Positions 23,238 to 35,398 of a DNA stretch of 64,000 nt are shown piece by piece; positions within the stretch are counted from its first letter, which is position 1; every line of letters begins with the position of its first letter. Source of the stretch: Eledone cirrhosa (taxonomy: Eukaryota); assembly GCA_964016885.1 (NCBI GenBank), contig OZ024741.1, positions 281,356,001-281,420,000 of the forward strand, given 5' to 3'. Below the pieces are notes generated by a model. The model saw only the letters and a program-made list of their open reading frames with translations, ran no database searches and was not told the origin of the DNA. Position numbers and translations under genes: made by a program.

Positions 23238-24209
23238 TAAAGGTTCTTAAATAAGATTTTATGATGGAAAGTTTTTATATGAATATATGCACTTAAAATA
23301 AACAGCTTTGTATTGTAGAACAGGGGCGGTTTCAGGATGTTTGTTAACAAAAGGAATAAATAACAAACATACATTCTCAATCACCAATTCTGTGTGTGGG
23401 CGAAGTGACTTACAAAAATCAACCAACAGCAGCAGCAACAATGGTAACAAGAGTTACTGTTTGTTTGTTTCTGTCTGTCTGTCTGTCTCTCACATAAACA
23501 CACATATGCATTGAAGTAAGTGCATGGTTGTGTGGTTAAGGAGTTGCAGCCATGTGGTTTACAGTTTGTGCAAGATTCTTCTACTACATATAGCCTTATG
23601 AATGAAATTTAGTAGACAGAAATTGTAGGTGTGTGTGTGTTCACTTCACATTCACTGTCTGTAATTTAACAGATAAAGAACAAAAAAAAAAAAGATTGAT
23701 AAACTAACTACCAAACTTGAAAAATATAAAGGGATCATTCCTTCATGGAGGTACCCCATCATGGCCAGAATCTAATGAGTGAAACCAGTAAAAAAACAAA
23801 ACAAAATAAAGCAAATATATATATATATAAACAGGAGTGATTTCAGGTTGTTTGGTATCAAATGTGTTAACTATCTAAAGTTTAATTTTATTAAACTGTT
23901 TGGGAAATGTTTAGAAAAAAAAAATATATATATTTTACATTCTTTTATTATTTTACTGGTTTCAAATTGTATATGGCCTTGCTGGAGTCCCACCTTCATT
24001 AAAGCTTGTATTTATTTTATTATATCTATTTGTTTAAATGTTAAGATACAAGGCATAAAAAAGCGAACAAAAAACAGCAATTGTTAGGCATTATAAATGT
24101 GAAAGCAGATGGACACACATATGTATGTATGTACATACGTGTGAGAGTGTGTATGTATATATGTATGTAAGTGTGTGAGTGTGCATGTATATATGTATGC
24201 ATATATGTA

Positions 24210-24338
24210 CATCATCATTATATGTCTATTTATGCATGGTTTTTCATGGGTTGGATGGGTCCTTACCAACACAACTTTACTCTATTCATAGCATTCCTTC
24301 ATCATTCCCTCTGTGAGGTTCAATGTTTTGAGATCAGC
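24210..24338 (-). mobile_element. Short decayed RTE 3' fragment
   Basis: The reverse complement resembles 37120-37250 (gctgatctcaaa...ggacccatccaacccatg...gatgatg). Confidence 0.6.
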
Positions 24339-24342
24339 GTCA

Positions 24343-24640
24343 TTTAGTTGTTAGGTTATATGGCTCACAATCATAAGGTTGTGAGTCCGATTGTTGTGTC
24401 CTTGAGCAAGACACTTTATTTCACGTTGCTCCAGTCCACTCTGCTGGCAAAAGTGAGTTGTACCTGTAATTTGAAGGACCAGCTTTGTCTTATTCTGTGT
24501 CACGCTGAATTTCCCTGAGAACTATGTTAAAGGTACAAATGTTTGTAGAATGCTTTGCCACTTACACATAAATTTCATGAGCAGGCTGTTCTACCTATCA
24601 TTTCAACTAGAACACTCGTCACCATAACCTATGGAGTGCA
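24343..24640 (+). mobile_element. tRNA-derived SINE, third body type
   Basis: tRNA-like head followed by gtccttgagcaagacactttatttcacgttgctccagtccactc. Related segments lie at 52865-53040, 60170-60320 and 42920-43020 (-). Confidence 0.75.
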
Positions 24641-24646
24641 ATATAT

Positions 24647-24695
<49 letters not shown>

Positions 24696-24699
<4 letters not shown>

Positions 24700-24777
24700 A
24701 ATGAGTAGGACCCTGACGGCTGAGCTCAAGCCGTTTCGATGGCTTGAGCTCAGCCGTTGGGGTCCTACTCATTCCTA
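24696..24777. repeat. GC-rich 39-bp-stem hairpin with TTCG loop
   Basis: taggaatgagtaggaccctgacggctgagctcaagccgt-ttcg-atggcttgagctcagccgttggggtcctactcattccta. Confidence 0.95.
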
Positions 24778-24847
24778 TTACCCACTCTACTACCCTGGTT
24801 CCTTACCACATTTCCTCCGTTATATATATATATATTTAAGTGATCCC

Positions 24848-25166
24848 TCCTGGAGCCACGACAAAGAGCCCAGCCCACTATAGTGGTCATGTAGGTGTCA
24901 TGACAAAAGCAAGTGCCCAACCTGCACTGTTAAGTGGTTGTGTAGGTGTCACGACAAAAAGCACCCAGTCCACGCTGTAAAGTGGTCGTGTAGGTGATAC
25001 AGCACACACTGTAAATGTGGTTGGTGTTAGAAAGAACACCCAGCCATAGAAACCAAGACAAATTAGTTCTGTGTGAGCGAATCACGGTTCTCCGACTTGA
25101 TCCCTCACAAAGGGACATCCCGTCTTACCCATGCTAGGTGGAAGATGGACGTTAAAAGACGATGAT
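24848..25166 (+). mobile_element. RTE-type 3' module with 3-4 internal tandem units
   Basis: Homologous to 6605-6878; ends ggacgttaaaagacgatgat followed by (TA)n. Confidence 0.8.
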
Positions 25167-25167
25167 A

Positions 25168-25236
<69 letters not shown>

Positions 25237-25895
25237 GTGGGGACTGACCTCAAACCCACATAGTTGCAAGGGGGACTTCCTGAATGACATAACTAGGAGG
25301 GCACATAGGTTTATCATCTTTTCAATATAAATCCTATGAGTAAGACACAGCCATCTGACTTAAGAATGTGACAGCCTGTCTGACCCATGAAAGCATAGAA
25401 AATAGACATGATGGTGATAATGATGATGGTTGTGGTGATAATGATAAACTATTTTATCAAACATATTCTATTCAATATCTAACATATAGTCAAACATTGG
25501 ATATTTATATTCCAACTGACATGTCTCCTGTATAGGGTTAGAGCTTTCCATTGTTTATATATTGAGTATTGAATGTTTGACTTTATAATACTAGATAGCG
25601 TTTACATGCAAGTGTATATACATGTATATGCATATATCTCTATATGTATATATATATGTATGCACCTTACTGGTTGAGTTCTATATTGGCAGGAATTCCA
25701 CATTTTTTATTCATCTACCACAATGGGTTTTTTCTCATACAGCGGTCTTCCTCTATTTTTATTAGAGGTCATGTATCATGATAGCGTAGAACTGCTTGAT
25801 TTATTATTGGAGCAATACACACTAGCATGCACACTAACTGCTAATGTATATCACCTGCTGAGGACATTCAATTGTTCAATTGTATAATATCTACT

Positions 25896-25941
25896 GATAA
25901 TACAGCAGATATTACACAATCGTAATATCTGCTGTATTATC
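25896..25941. repeat. Perfect 20-bp-stem hairpin
   Basis: gataatacagcagatattac-acaatc-gtaatatctgctgtattatc. Confidence 0.95.
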
Positions 25942-26363
25942 TGGCAGAGCCCAACCTTCTCCAGGTCAGAATTCAAACAGATTCCTCCCAGAGGAGGATA
26001 GAGAGAGTGAGAGAATAGAAGTGAGAAAGCGGTATAAAGGAAGAATTGACCCCAGTACTAGACTGGTACTTTTATTGACCTGGAATGGATGAAAGGCAAA
26101 GTTGACTTCAGTGGGATAACATTGCCAATTTGCCGCCTTCAATTTTATTATATGGTGTTTGTCAATAGAGTATGGTTATATGACTATATATAATGATTTT
26201 TAATTTAGGTACAAAGCCTGCAATTTATGGGGAGGGTAAAATTAAATATATCGACCCCAGTCCATAACTGATATTTTATTTCATTGGTTCCAGAATGATA
26301 AAAGGCAAAGCTGACTGAGACAGGATTTGAACACAGAGTTATGACTGAATGTCATAAAGCATT

Positions 26364-27624
26364 ACCCGGATCACTGACAGCAGCTCATGGGTGGATGTTG
26401 TTTACCTGTGCCACACAAAAGACTTATGGCGAAACTCTCTGCAATGAGTGTGAAGCATGATATTTTTAACTGCTTGAAATCCTTCATTCTCAGTCGAAAA
26501 GAGGTAGTCACGGTTCTAGGACAGCATTCTTCACCATATGAGATGTCATCTGGTGTACCACAGGGATCTGTTCTTGGTCCCCTTTTGTTTGTTGCATACA
26601 TTAATGACATAGATGCCAACTTAAAGAATGCCACAGTACTGAAATATGCAGATGACATCAAGCTGTACCTTGAAATCAAAAGGACAGATCCTGAAATCTA
26701 CAACTCTTTCCTAGAATCAGACCTGGACACAATGCAGCAATGGATCACAGACTGGCAACTGAAGCTGGCTGTGGACAAGTGTACCACCATGCATTTTGGG
26801 AGGAAAAATCCAGCGGCCACATACTCCCCCCACAACACTGATATCAAGAAGTCCTCTTGTGAACGTGACCTGGGCATTACTGTCAGCAGCGATTTGCGTT
26901 GGACAAAGCACATCTCTAAAATTGTCAAGAAGGCCGAGGGTGTCTTGACATCACTCAGCAAGACCTTTGTTAGCCGCTCTCCAGCCATCTATTTAAAGCT
27001 GTATACAGCTATGGTACGACCACACTTGGAATTCGCATCATCAGTCTGGAACCCCTATCTTGCTCAGAACATTGCCCTCCTGGAAACTGTTCAGAGACGT
27101 GTAACCAAGGGCATACCATCCATCAGACATCTACCATACTCTGCATGCCTTGCTTCCCTGGGCATGGATTCATTGAAGCTCTGATGTCTGGCAATGGACT
27201 TGGTAAACACCCACAAAGTTATTAACCATCTCGCCAACAACAACCCTGAGCACCTTTTTGATCTCCATGTGTCTAACACACGTGGACATGCCTACAAAGT
27301 CAGAAAACAGCACAGATCCCATGACTTTCGGAAACATTTTTTCACGCTTAGAGTTGCTGAAGCATGGAACAAACTGTCTGCGTCAGTTGTTAGCTGCCGA
27401 GACACTGCATCCTTTAAAACCCCCATGCTTCCCGAAATTCGCCAAAACTACACCTGATGTCCCCCTTCCATACACATGCACACATGTGAATATCATGACT
27501 CATGCACTGTTCATTTTCCTGATGTTTGTACATTACCCTATGCACTGTACATGCACTTTTGATGAGTTGTAGTGCACCTGAGCACCGTACACAATATTTT
27601 CATTATTATTATTATTATTATTAT
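26364..27624 (+). mobile_element. 5'-truncated CR1/L2-group LINE with (TTA)n tail
   Basis: A 265-aa RT ORF (SGVPQGSVLGPLLF, KYADD). Same family as 11760-13300, in opposite orientation. Confidence 0.94.
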
Positions 27625-27694
27625 GTCTGGCACACTACTGATTACTGCCAACCCACCACCCTTTTACTCTATATAATTACACTTTACAGTCATT

Positions 27695-27935
27695 ATGGTG
27701 AATTGGCAGTATCGGTAGAGGGTCGATACTATCACTGTATATGTATACTTCAGAGAATATTATGAGGGTCGGACGCCATTCTTTCCAGCATAGTTACGTC
27801 CCTTTACAGTCTGAGTTCAAATCCCGTCGAGGTTAACTTTGCCTTTCATCCTTACGGGGGTCGATAAAATAAAGTACCAGTAATACACTGGGATAATTGC
27901 CGGCCTTGTACCAAAAGTAGAAACAATTATTATAA
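27695..27935 (+). mobile_element. Nin/Deu-domain type tRNA-derived SINE
   Basis: B-box gagttcaaatccc, then gaggttaactttgcctttcatccttacggggtcgataaaataaagtaccagt and an (att)n tail. Confidence 0.85.
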
Positions 27936-27969
27936 TCAATTTATAATCATTAGCATGAGGAAGCCTATC

Positions 27970-28325
27970 TTTTGTATGAGTGTGTGTGCATGTGTGTATG
28001 TATGTGTATACAGTTAATGTATACATATAATGTATGTATGCATGTGTGTATGTATGTGTGTGTATTTCTGTGTCTGTCTGCCTGTATGTGTGCATGTGTG
28101 CGTGTGCATGTGTGTATGTATGTGTGTGTGTGTGTGTATGTATATCTGTGTGTGTGTGTCTGTCTGTCTGTCTGTATGTATGTATCTAATGTCTATCTGT
28201 CTATATGTATGTATGTAATGTCTGAATGTAAGTATGTATGGAATTTAAAAGGTGGGATAGATAGAGAAAAGATTAGAGTAAAGTCGGTATATGTATGCAT
28301 GTGTGTGTGTGTATATGTGTATTGT
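27970..28325. repeat. Degenerate TG/TATG microsatellite
   Basis: Directly visible. Confidence 0.9.
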
Positions 28326-28554
28326 AATTATTTGTGTTGGCTTTAGGATTGTGCTTGTAAGAAATTATTATTATTAGCACTGTGTGTTTGGATATACTCC
28401 AGCCATGTTCCTGACCATATCATCTATTAATTCTCCTTTCCAGATTAAAGATGAAAGCTTGCCAAACAGAGGGTCAGGAAGACTCTTCAGCTATGTCAAA
28501 GGCATGACAACCTCCCTGCCTCCTCACTTGTGCTGGTACATTTTGATAACTTGC

Positions 28555-31500
28555 ACTTAGTAGTGTGTGGGATCACATGTAAGCAAGTTGTGGGCTGCAA
28601 GCCTGTCTTAACACTAAGTTGAGTGTAGGATCACATGTAAGCAAGTTGTGGGCTGCAAGCCTGTCTTAACACTCAGTTGAGTGTAGGATCACATGTAAGC
28701 AAGTTGTGGGCTGCAAGCCTGTCTTAACACTCAGTTGAGTGTAGGATCATATGTAAGCAAGTTGTGGGCTGCAAGCCTGTCTTAGCACTCAGTTGAGTGT
28801 AGGATCACATGTAAGCAAGTTGTGGGCTGCAAGCCTGTCTTAACACTAAGTTGAGTGTAGGATCACATGTAAGCAAGTTGTGGGCTGCAAGCCTGTCTTA
28901 ACACTCAGTTGAGTGTAGGATCACATGTAAGCAAGTTGTGGGCTGCAAGCCTGTCTTAACATTAAGTTGAGTGTAGGATCACATGTAAGCAAGTTGTGGG
29001 CTGCAAGACTGTCTTAACACTCAGTTGAGTGTAGGATCACATGTAAGCAAGTTGTGAGCTGCAAGACTGTCTTAACACTCAGTTGAGTGTAGGATCACAT
29101 GTAAGCAAGTTGTGGGCTGCAAGCCTGTCTTAACACTAAATTGAGTGTAGGATCACATGTAAGCAAGTTGTGGGCTGCAAGCCTGTCTTAACACTCAGTT
29201 GAGTGTAGGATCACATGTAAACAAGTTGTGGGCTGCAAGCCTGTCTTAACACTAAGTTGAGTGTAGGATCACATGTAAGCAAGTTGTGGGCTGCAAGCCT
29301 GTCTTAACACTAAGTTGAGTGTAGGATCACATGTAAACAAGTTGTGGGCTGCAAGCCTGTCTTAACACTAAGTTGAGTGTAGGATCACATGTAAGCAAGT
29401 TGTGGGCTGCAAGCCTGTCTTAACACTAAGTTGAGTGTAGGATCACATGTAAGCAAGTTGTGGGCTGCATGCCTGTCTTAACACTCAGTTGAGTGTAGGA
29501 TCACATGTAAGCAAGTTGTGGGCTGCAAGCCTGTCTTAACACTCAGTTGAGTGTAGGATCACATGTAAGCAAGTTGTGGGCTGCAAGCCTGTCTTAACAC
29601 TAAGTTGAATGTAGGATCACATGTAAGCAAGTTGTGGGCTGCAAGACTGTCTTAACATTAAGTTGAGTGTAGGATCACATGTAAGCAAGTTGTGGGCTGC
29701 AAGCCTGTCTTAACACTAAATTGAGTGTAGGATCACATGTAAGCAAGTTGTGGGCTGCAAGCCTGTCTTAACACTCAGTTGAGTGTAGGATCACATGTAA
29801 GCAAGTTGTGGGCTGCAAGACTGTCTTAACACTCAGTTGACTGTAGGATCACATGTAAGCAAGTTGTGGGCTGCAAGCCGGTCTTAACACTAAGTTGAGT
29901 GTAGGATCACATGTAAGCAAGTTGTGGGCTGCAAGCCTGTCTTAACACTCAGTTGAGTGTAGGATCATATGTAAGCAAGTTGTGGGCTGCAAGACTGTCT
30001 TAACATTAAGTTGAGTGTAGGATCACATGTAAGCAAGTTGTGGGCAGCAAGACTGTCTTAACACTCAGTTGAGTGTAGGATCACATGTAAGCAAGTTGCG
30101 GGTTGCAAGACTGTCTTAACATTAAGTTGAGTGTAGGATCACATGTAAGCAAGTTGTGGGCAGCAAGCCTGTCTTAACACTCAGTTGAGTGTAGGATCAC
30201 ATGTAAGCAAGTTGCGGGTTGCAAGACTGTCTTAACATTAAGTTGAGTGTAGGATCACATGTAAGCAAGTTGTGGGCAGAAAGACTGTCTTAACACTCAG
30301 TTGAGTGTAGGATCACATGTAAGCAAGTTGTGGGCTGCAAGACTGTCTTAACACTAAGTTGAGTGTAGGATCACATGTAAGCAAGTTGTGGGCTGCAAGA
30401 CTGTCTTAACACTAAGTTGAGTGTAGGATCACATGTAAGCAAGTTGTGGGCTGCAAGCCTGTCTTAACATTAAGTTGAGTGTAGGATCACATGTAAGCAA
30501 GTTGTGGGCTGCAAGACTGTCTTAACACTAAGTTGAGTGTAGGATCACATGTAAGCAAGTTGTGGGCTGCAAGACTGTCTTAACACTAAGTTGAGTGTAG
30601 GATCACATGTAAGCAAGTTGTGGGCTGCAAGCCTGTCTTAACACTCAGTTGAGTGTAGGATCACATGTAAGCAAGTTGTGGGCTGCAAGCCTGTCTTAAC
30701 ATTAAGTTGAGTGTAGGATCACATGTAAGCAAGTTGTGGGCTGCAAGACTGTCTTAACATTAAGTTGAGTGTAGGATCACATGTAAGCAAGTTGTGGGCT
30801 GCAAGACTGTCTTAACACTAAGTTGAGTGTAGGATCATATGTAAGCAAGTTGTGGGCTGCAAGCCTGTCTTAACATTAAGTTGAGTGTAGGATCACATGT
30901 AAGCAAGTTGTGGGCTGCAAGACTGTCTTAACACTAAGTTGAGTGTAGGATCACATGTAAGCAAGTTGTGGGCTGCAAGCCTGTCTTAACACTCAGTTGA
31001 GTGTAGGATCACATGTAAGCAAGTTGTGGGCTGCAAGACTGTCTTAACATTAAGTTGAGTGTAGGATCACATGTAAGCAAGTTGTGGGCTGCAAGCCTGT
31101 CTTAACATTAAGTTGAGTGTAGGATCACATGTAAGCAAGTTGTGGGCTGCAAGACTGTCTTAACATTAAGTTGAGTGTAGGATCACATGTAAGCAAGTTG
31201 TGGGCTGCAAGACTGTCTTAACACTCAGTTGAGTGTAGGATCACATGTAAGCAAGTTGTGGGCTGCAAGCCTGTCTTAACATTAAGTTGAGTGTAGGATC
31301 ACATGTAAGCAAGTTGTGGGCTGCAAGACTGTCTTAACATTAAGTTGAGTGTAGGATCACATGTAAGCAAGTTGTGGGCTGTAAGCCTGTCTTAACACTC
31401 AGTTGAGTGTAGGATCACATGTAAGCAAGTTGTGGGCTGCAAGACTGTCTTAACATTAAGTTGAGTGTAGGATCACATGTAAGCAAGTTGTGGGCTGCAA

Positions 31501-34160
31501 GACTGTCTTAACACTAAGTTGAGTGTAGGATCACATGTAAGCAAGTTGTGGGCTGCAAGACTGTCTTAACACTAAGTTGAGTGTAGGATCACATGTAAGC
31601 AAGTTGTGGGCTGCAAGCCTGTCTTAACACTCAGTTGAGTGTAGGATCACATGTAAGCAAGTTGTGGGCTGCAAGCCTGTCTTAACATTAAGTTGAGTGT
31701 AGGATCACATGTAAGCAAGTTGTGGGCTGCAAGACTGTCTTAACATTAAGTTGAGTGTAGGATCACATGTAAGCAAGTTGTGGGCTGCAAGACTGTCTTA
31801 ACACTAAGTTGAGTGTAGGATCATATGTAAGCAAGTTGTGGGCTGCAAGCCTGTCTTAACATTAAGTTGAGTGTAGGATCACATGTAAGCAAGTTGTGGG
31901 CTGCAAGACTGTCTTAACACTAAGTTGAGTGTAGGATCACATGTAAGCAAGTTGTGGGCTGCAAGCCTGTCTTAACACTCAGTTGAGTGTAGGATCACAT
32001 GTAAGCAAGTTGTGGGCTGCAAGACTGTCTTAACATTAAGTTGAGTGTAGGATCACATGTAAGCAAGTTGTGGGCTGCAAGCCTGTCTTAACATTAAGTT
32101 GAGTGTAGGATCACATGTAAGCAAGTTGTGGGCTGCAAGACTGTCTTAACATTAAGTTGAGTGTAGGATCACATGTAAGCAAGTTGTGGGCTGCAAGACT
32201 GTCTTAACATTAAGTTGAGTGTAGGATCACATGTAAGCAAGTTGTGGGCTGTAAGCCTGTCTTAACACTCAGTTGAGTGTAGGATCACATGTAAGCAAGT
32301 TGTGGGCTGCAAGCCTGTCTTAACACTCAGTTGAGTGTAGGATCACATGTAAGCAAGTTGTGGGCTGCAAGCCTGTCTTAACACTCAGTTGAGTGTAGGA
32401 TCACATGTAAGCAAGTTGTGGGCTGCAAGCCTGTCTTAACACTAAGTTGAGTGTAGGATCACATGTAAGCAAGTTGTGGGCTGCAAGACTGTCTTAACAT
32501 TAAGTTGAGTGTAGGATCACATGTAAGCAAGTTGTGGGCTGTAAGCCTGTCTTAACACTCAGTTGAGTGTAGGATCACATGTAAGCAAGTTGTGGGCTGC
32601 AAGCCTGTCTTAACACTCAGTTGAGTGTAGGATCACATGTAAGCAAGTTGTGGGCTGCAAGCCTGTCTTAACACTCAGTTGAGTGTAGGATCACATGTAA
32701 GCAAGTTGTGGGCTGCAAGCCTGTCTTAACACTAAGTTGAGTGTAGGATCACATGTAAGCAAGTTGTGGGCTGCAAGACTGTCTTAACATTAAGTTGAGT
32801 GTGGGATCACATGTAAGCAAGTTGTGGGCTGCAAGACTGTCTTAACACTCAGTTGAGTGTAGGATCACATGTAAGCAAGTTGTGGGCTGCAAGCCTGTCT
32901 TAACATTAAGTTGAGTGTAGGATCACATGTAAGCAAGTTGTGGGCTGCAAAACTGTCTTAACACTAAGTTGAGTGTAGGATCACATGTAAGCAAGTTGTG
33001 GGCTGCAAGCCTGTCTTAACATTAAGTTGAGTGTAGGATCACATGTAAGCAAGTTGTGGGCTGCAAGACTGTCTTAACACTAAGTTGAGTGTAGGATCAC
33101 ATGTAAGCAAGTTGTGGGCTGCAAGCCTGTCTTAACATTAAGTTGAGTGTAGGATCACATGTAAGCAAGTTGTGGGCTGCAAGACTGTCTTAACATTAAG
33201 TTGAGTGTAGGATCACATGTAAGCAAGTTGTGGGCTGCAAGACTGTCTTAACATTAAGTTGAGTGTAGGATCACATGTAAGCAAGTTGTGGGCTGCAAGA
33301 CTGTCTTAACACTAAGTTGAGTGTAGGATCACATGTAAGCAAGTTGTGGGCTGCAAGCCTGTCTTAACATTAAGTTGAGTGTAGGATCACATGTAAGCAA
33401 GTTGTGGGCTGCAAGACTGTCTTAACACTAAGTTGAGTGTAGGATCACATGTAAGCAAGTTGTGGGCTGCAAGCCTGTCTTAACATTAAGTTGAGTGTAG
33501 GATCACATGTAAGCAAGTTGTGGGCTGCAAGACTGTCTTAACATTAAGTTGAGTGTAGGATCACATGTAAGCAAGTTGTGGGCTGCAAGACTGTCTTAAC
33601 ATTAAGTTGAATGTAGGATCACATGTAAGCAAGTTGTGGGCTGCAAGACTGTCTTAACACTCAGTTGAGTGTAGGATCACATGTAAGCAAGTTGTGGGCT
33701 GCAAGCCTGTCTTAACACTCAGTTGAGTGTAGGATCACATGTAAGCAAGTTGTGGGCTGCAAGACTGTCTTAACATTAAGTTGAGTGTAGGATCATATGT
33801 AAGCAAGTTGTGGGCTGCAAGACTGTCTTAACACTAAGTTGAATGTAGGATCACATGTAAGCAAGTTGTGGGCTGCAAGACTGTCTTAGCACTCAGTTGA
33901 GTGTAGGATCACATGTAAGCAAGTTGTGGGCTGCAAGCCTGTCTTAACACTCAGTTGAATGTAGGATCACATGTAAGCAAGTTGTGGGCTGTAAGCCTGT
34001 CTTAACACTCAGTTGAGTGTAGGATCATATGTAAGCAAGTTTTGGGCCACCTACTTGTTTTTAACACTCAGTTGAGTGCAGGATCATACGTAAGCAATTT
34101 GTGGGCTGCCAACCCAACTTAACACCCAGCAGTGTGCAGGAATGTATGTAAGCAAGATAC
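28555..34160. repeat. 58-bp tandem satellite, ~96 copies
   Basis: Unit gagtgtaggatcacatgtaagcaagttgtgggctgcaag(c/a)ctgtcttaaca(c/t)t(c/a)agtt with period 58 (28621 to 28679). The core is homogeneous and the edge copies are diverged. Confidence 0.99.
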
Positions 34161-34239
34161 AGGCTCCCAGCTCATCTGTCAAGTCAGTACTTCCACTTGG
34201 GTACCGACCTGACCTGCTGACGACCCATACAACCTTTAC

Positions 34240-34483
34240 TAGCAAGGAAAGGAAAAATGAAATGATGATCATTGAGTAATGAAGTGCCAGGAGTTCCAAA
34301 TGGAAAGAAACCATGGAAGAAGAAAGCCAAGAAAGATGTTGATGTGGTGAAAGCTGACCTCAAGAAACACACCAAAGAAAGGTGATGACTAGGGAAAGAA
34401 TCAAGTGGAAGGATGCTCTCTGGGAGAGGACTTGTCGAACCCATGCAAGTACAGAAGTTGTATGTAAAATCAATGATGATGAT
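34240..34483 (+). mobile_element. Decayed RTE 3' fragment
   Basis: gaagtgccaggag...aaagctgacctcaag...acccatgcaagt...(gat)n, homologous to 10990-11209. Confidence 0.75.
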
Positions 34484-34599
34484 TAAAGCAGCTCACAGTG
34501 ATTAAAGACTTTTAGAGTTTTTTTTTTTATTAATATAACTGTAGTATATAAAGAACTCAATATAAGTGAGAGGTGACACCCAATATAACCTATCAGTGG

Positions 34600-34945
34600 G
34601 TGGGTGTTTATGTATGTATGGACCCATAGCTCCTGATGGAATATTGAAGGTGCTGTAGTAACATACAATGTGTCTTGGGCATTTTAAACCATGCAGAACC
34701 CATCCCCTTTCTAGGTCTGAATATAGTCAATTTCTGCCAGAGAAGAGAGAGAGTGAAAGAGAGGAAGTGAAAAAGAGATATAGAGGAAGAATCAACCCCA
34801 GTACTAGACTGGTACTTTTTCATCAACCTCAAAAGGATGAAAGGCAAAGTTGATCGTAGTAGGTTTTGAACTCAGAGCACAGAGAGCCGGAAGAAATACT
34901 ACAAAGCCTTCTCTCCAATGTTCTAACAACTCTGCCAATCCACAG
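34600..34945 (-). mobile_element. Long Nin-domain SINE subfamily with a GA-rich spacer
   Basis: gaggaagaatcaaccccagtactagactggtact...ggatgaaaggcaaagttga. Copies at about 37780-38070, 39860-40070, 43530-43850, 45860-46060, 61490-61795 (+) and 63320-63750. Confidence 0.8.
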
Positions 34946-35398
34946 TTCATCACTATAGTTTCACCTTGCTACAGTCTATTATCAACTTAACCCTTTTGTT
35001 AATGTATTTCTAATGAAAGACACTGATATTCAAATAAATTTTTAAATAATAAAACATTTAATAAGATGAATGACTTTCTCATTAGAAAGGATTGTAAATA
35101 TAATTATGATGGAAAATGTTTAGATAAGTAAAAATACTTTAAAATGAACAGTTTTGTATTGTAGAATGAAAAGTGCTTTCAGATGATTTAGTATCAAAAG
35201 GGTCAACTCATCTAAAGACTACTCAGTAAAAATTGAAGATAAAAAAAACTTTCAATTAAGTTAAAATTTTACAGAAAATGTCAGATGAAAAAAAAAAAAA
35301 AAACCTATTTCAAAAGTTACTTTGAATTCTGATGTGACATTTTAAAAATGTTTACAATATACTATTAAATAACTTAATACATGGAAATAAAAAAATAT

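Noticed and set aside
25665-25860. Third alternative first exon (minus-strand CCA|gtaagg donor near 25669)
   Set aside because: The upstream ATG frames end in phase 0 or 2 and the phase-1 frame has a stop, so it cannot join the 2542 acceptor in frame.
28555-34160. CRISPR-like array or repeat-encoded protein
   Set aside because: Units are contiguous with no unique spacers, and there are no cas genes in this eukaryotic context. The period of 58 is not a multiple of 3 and the ORF track shows no ORF here.
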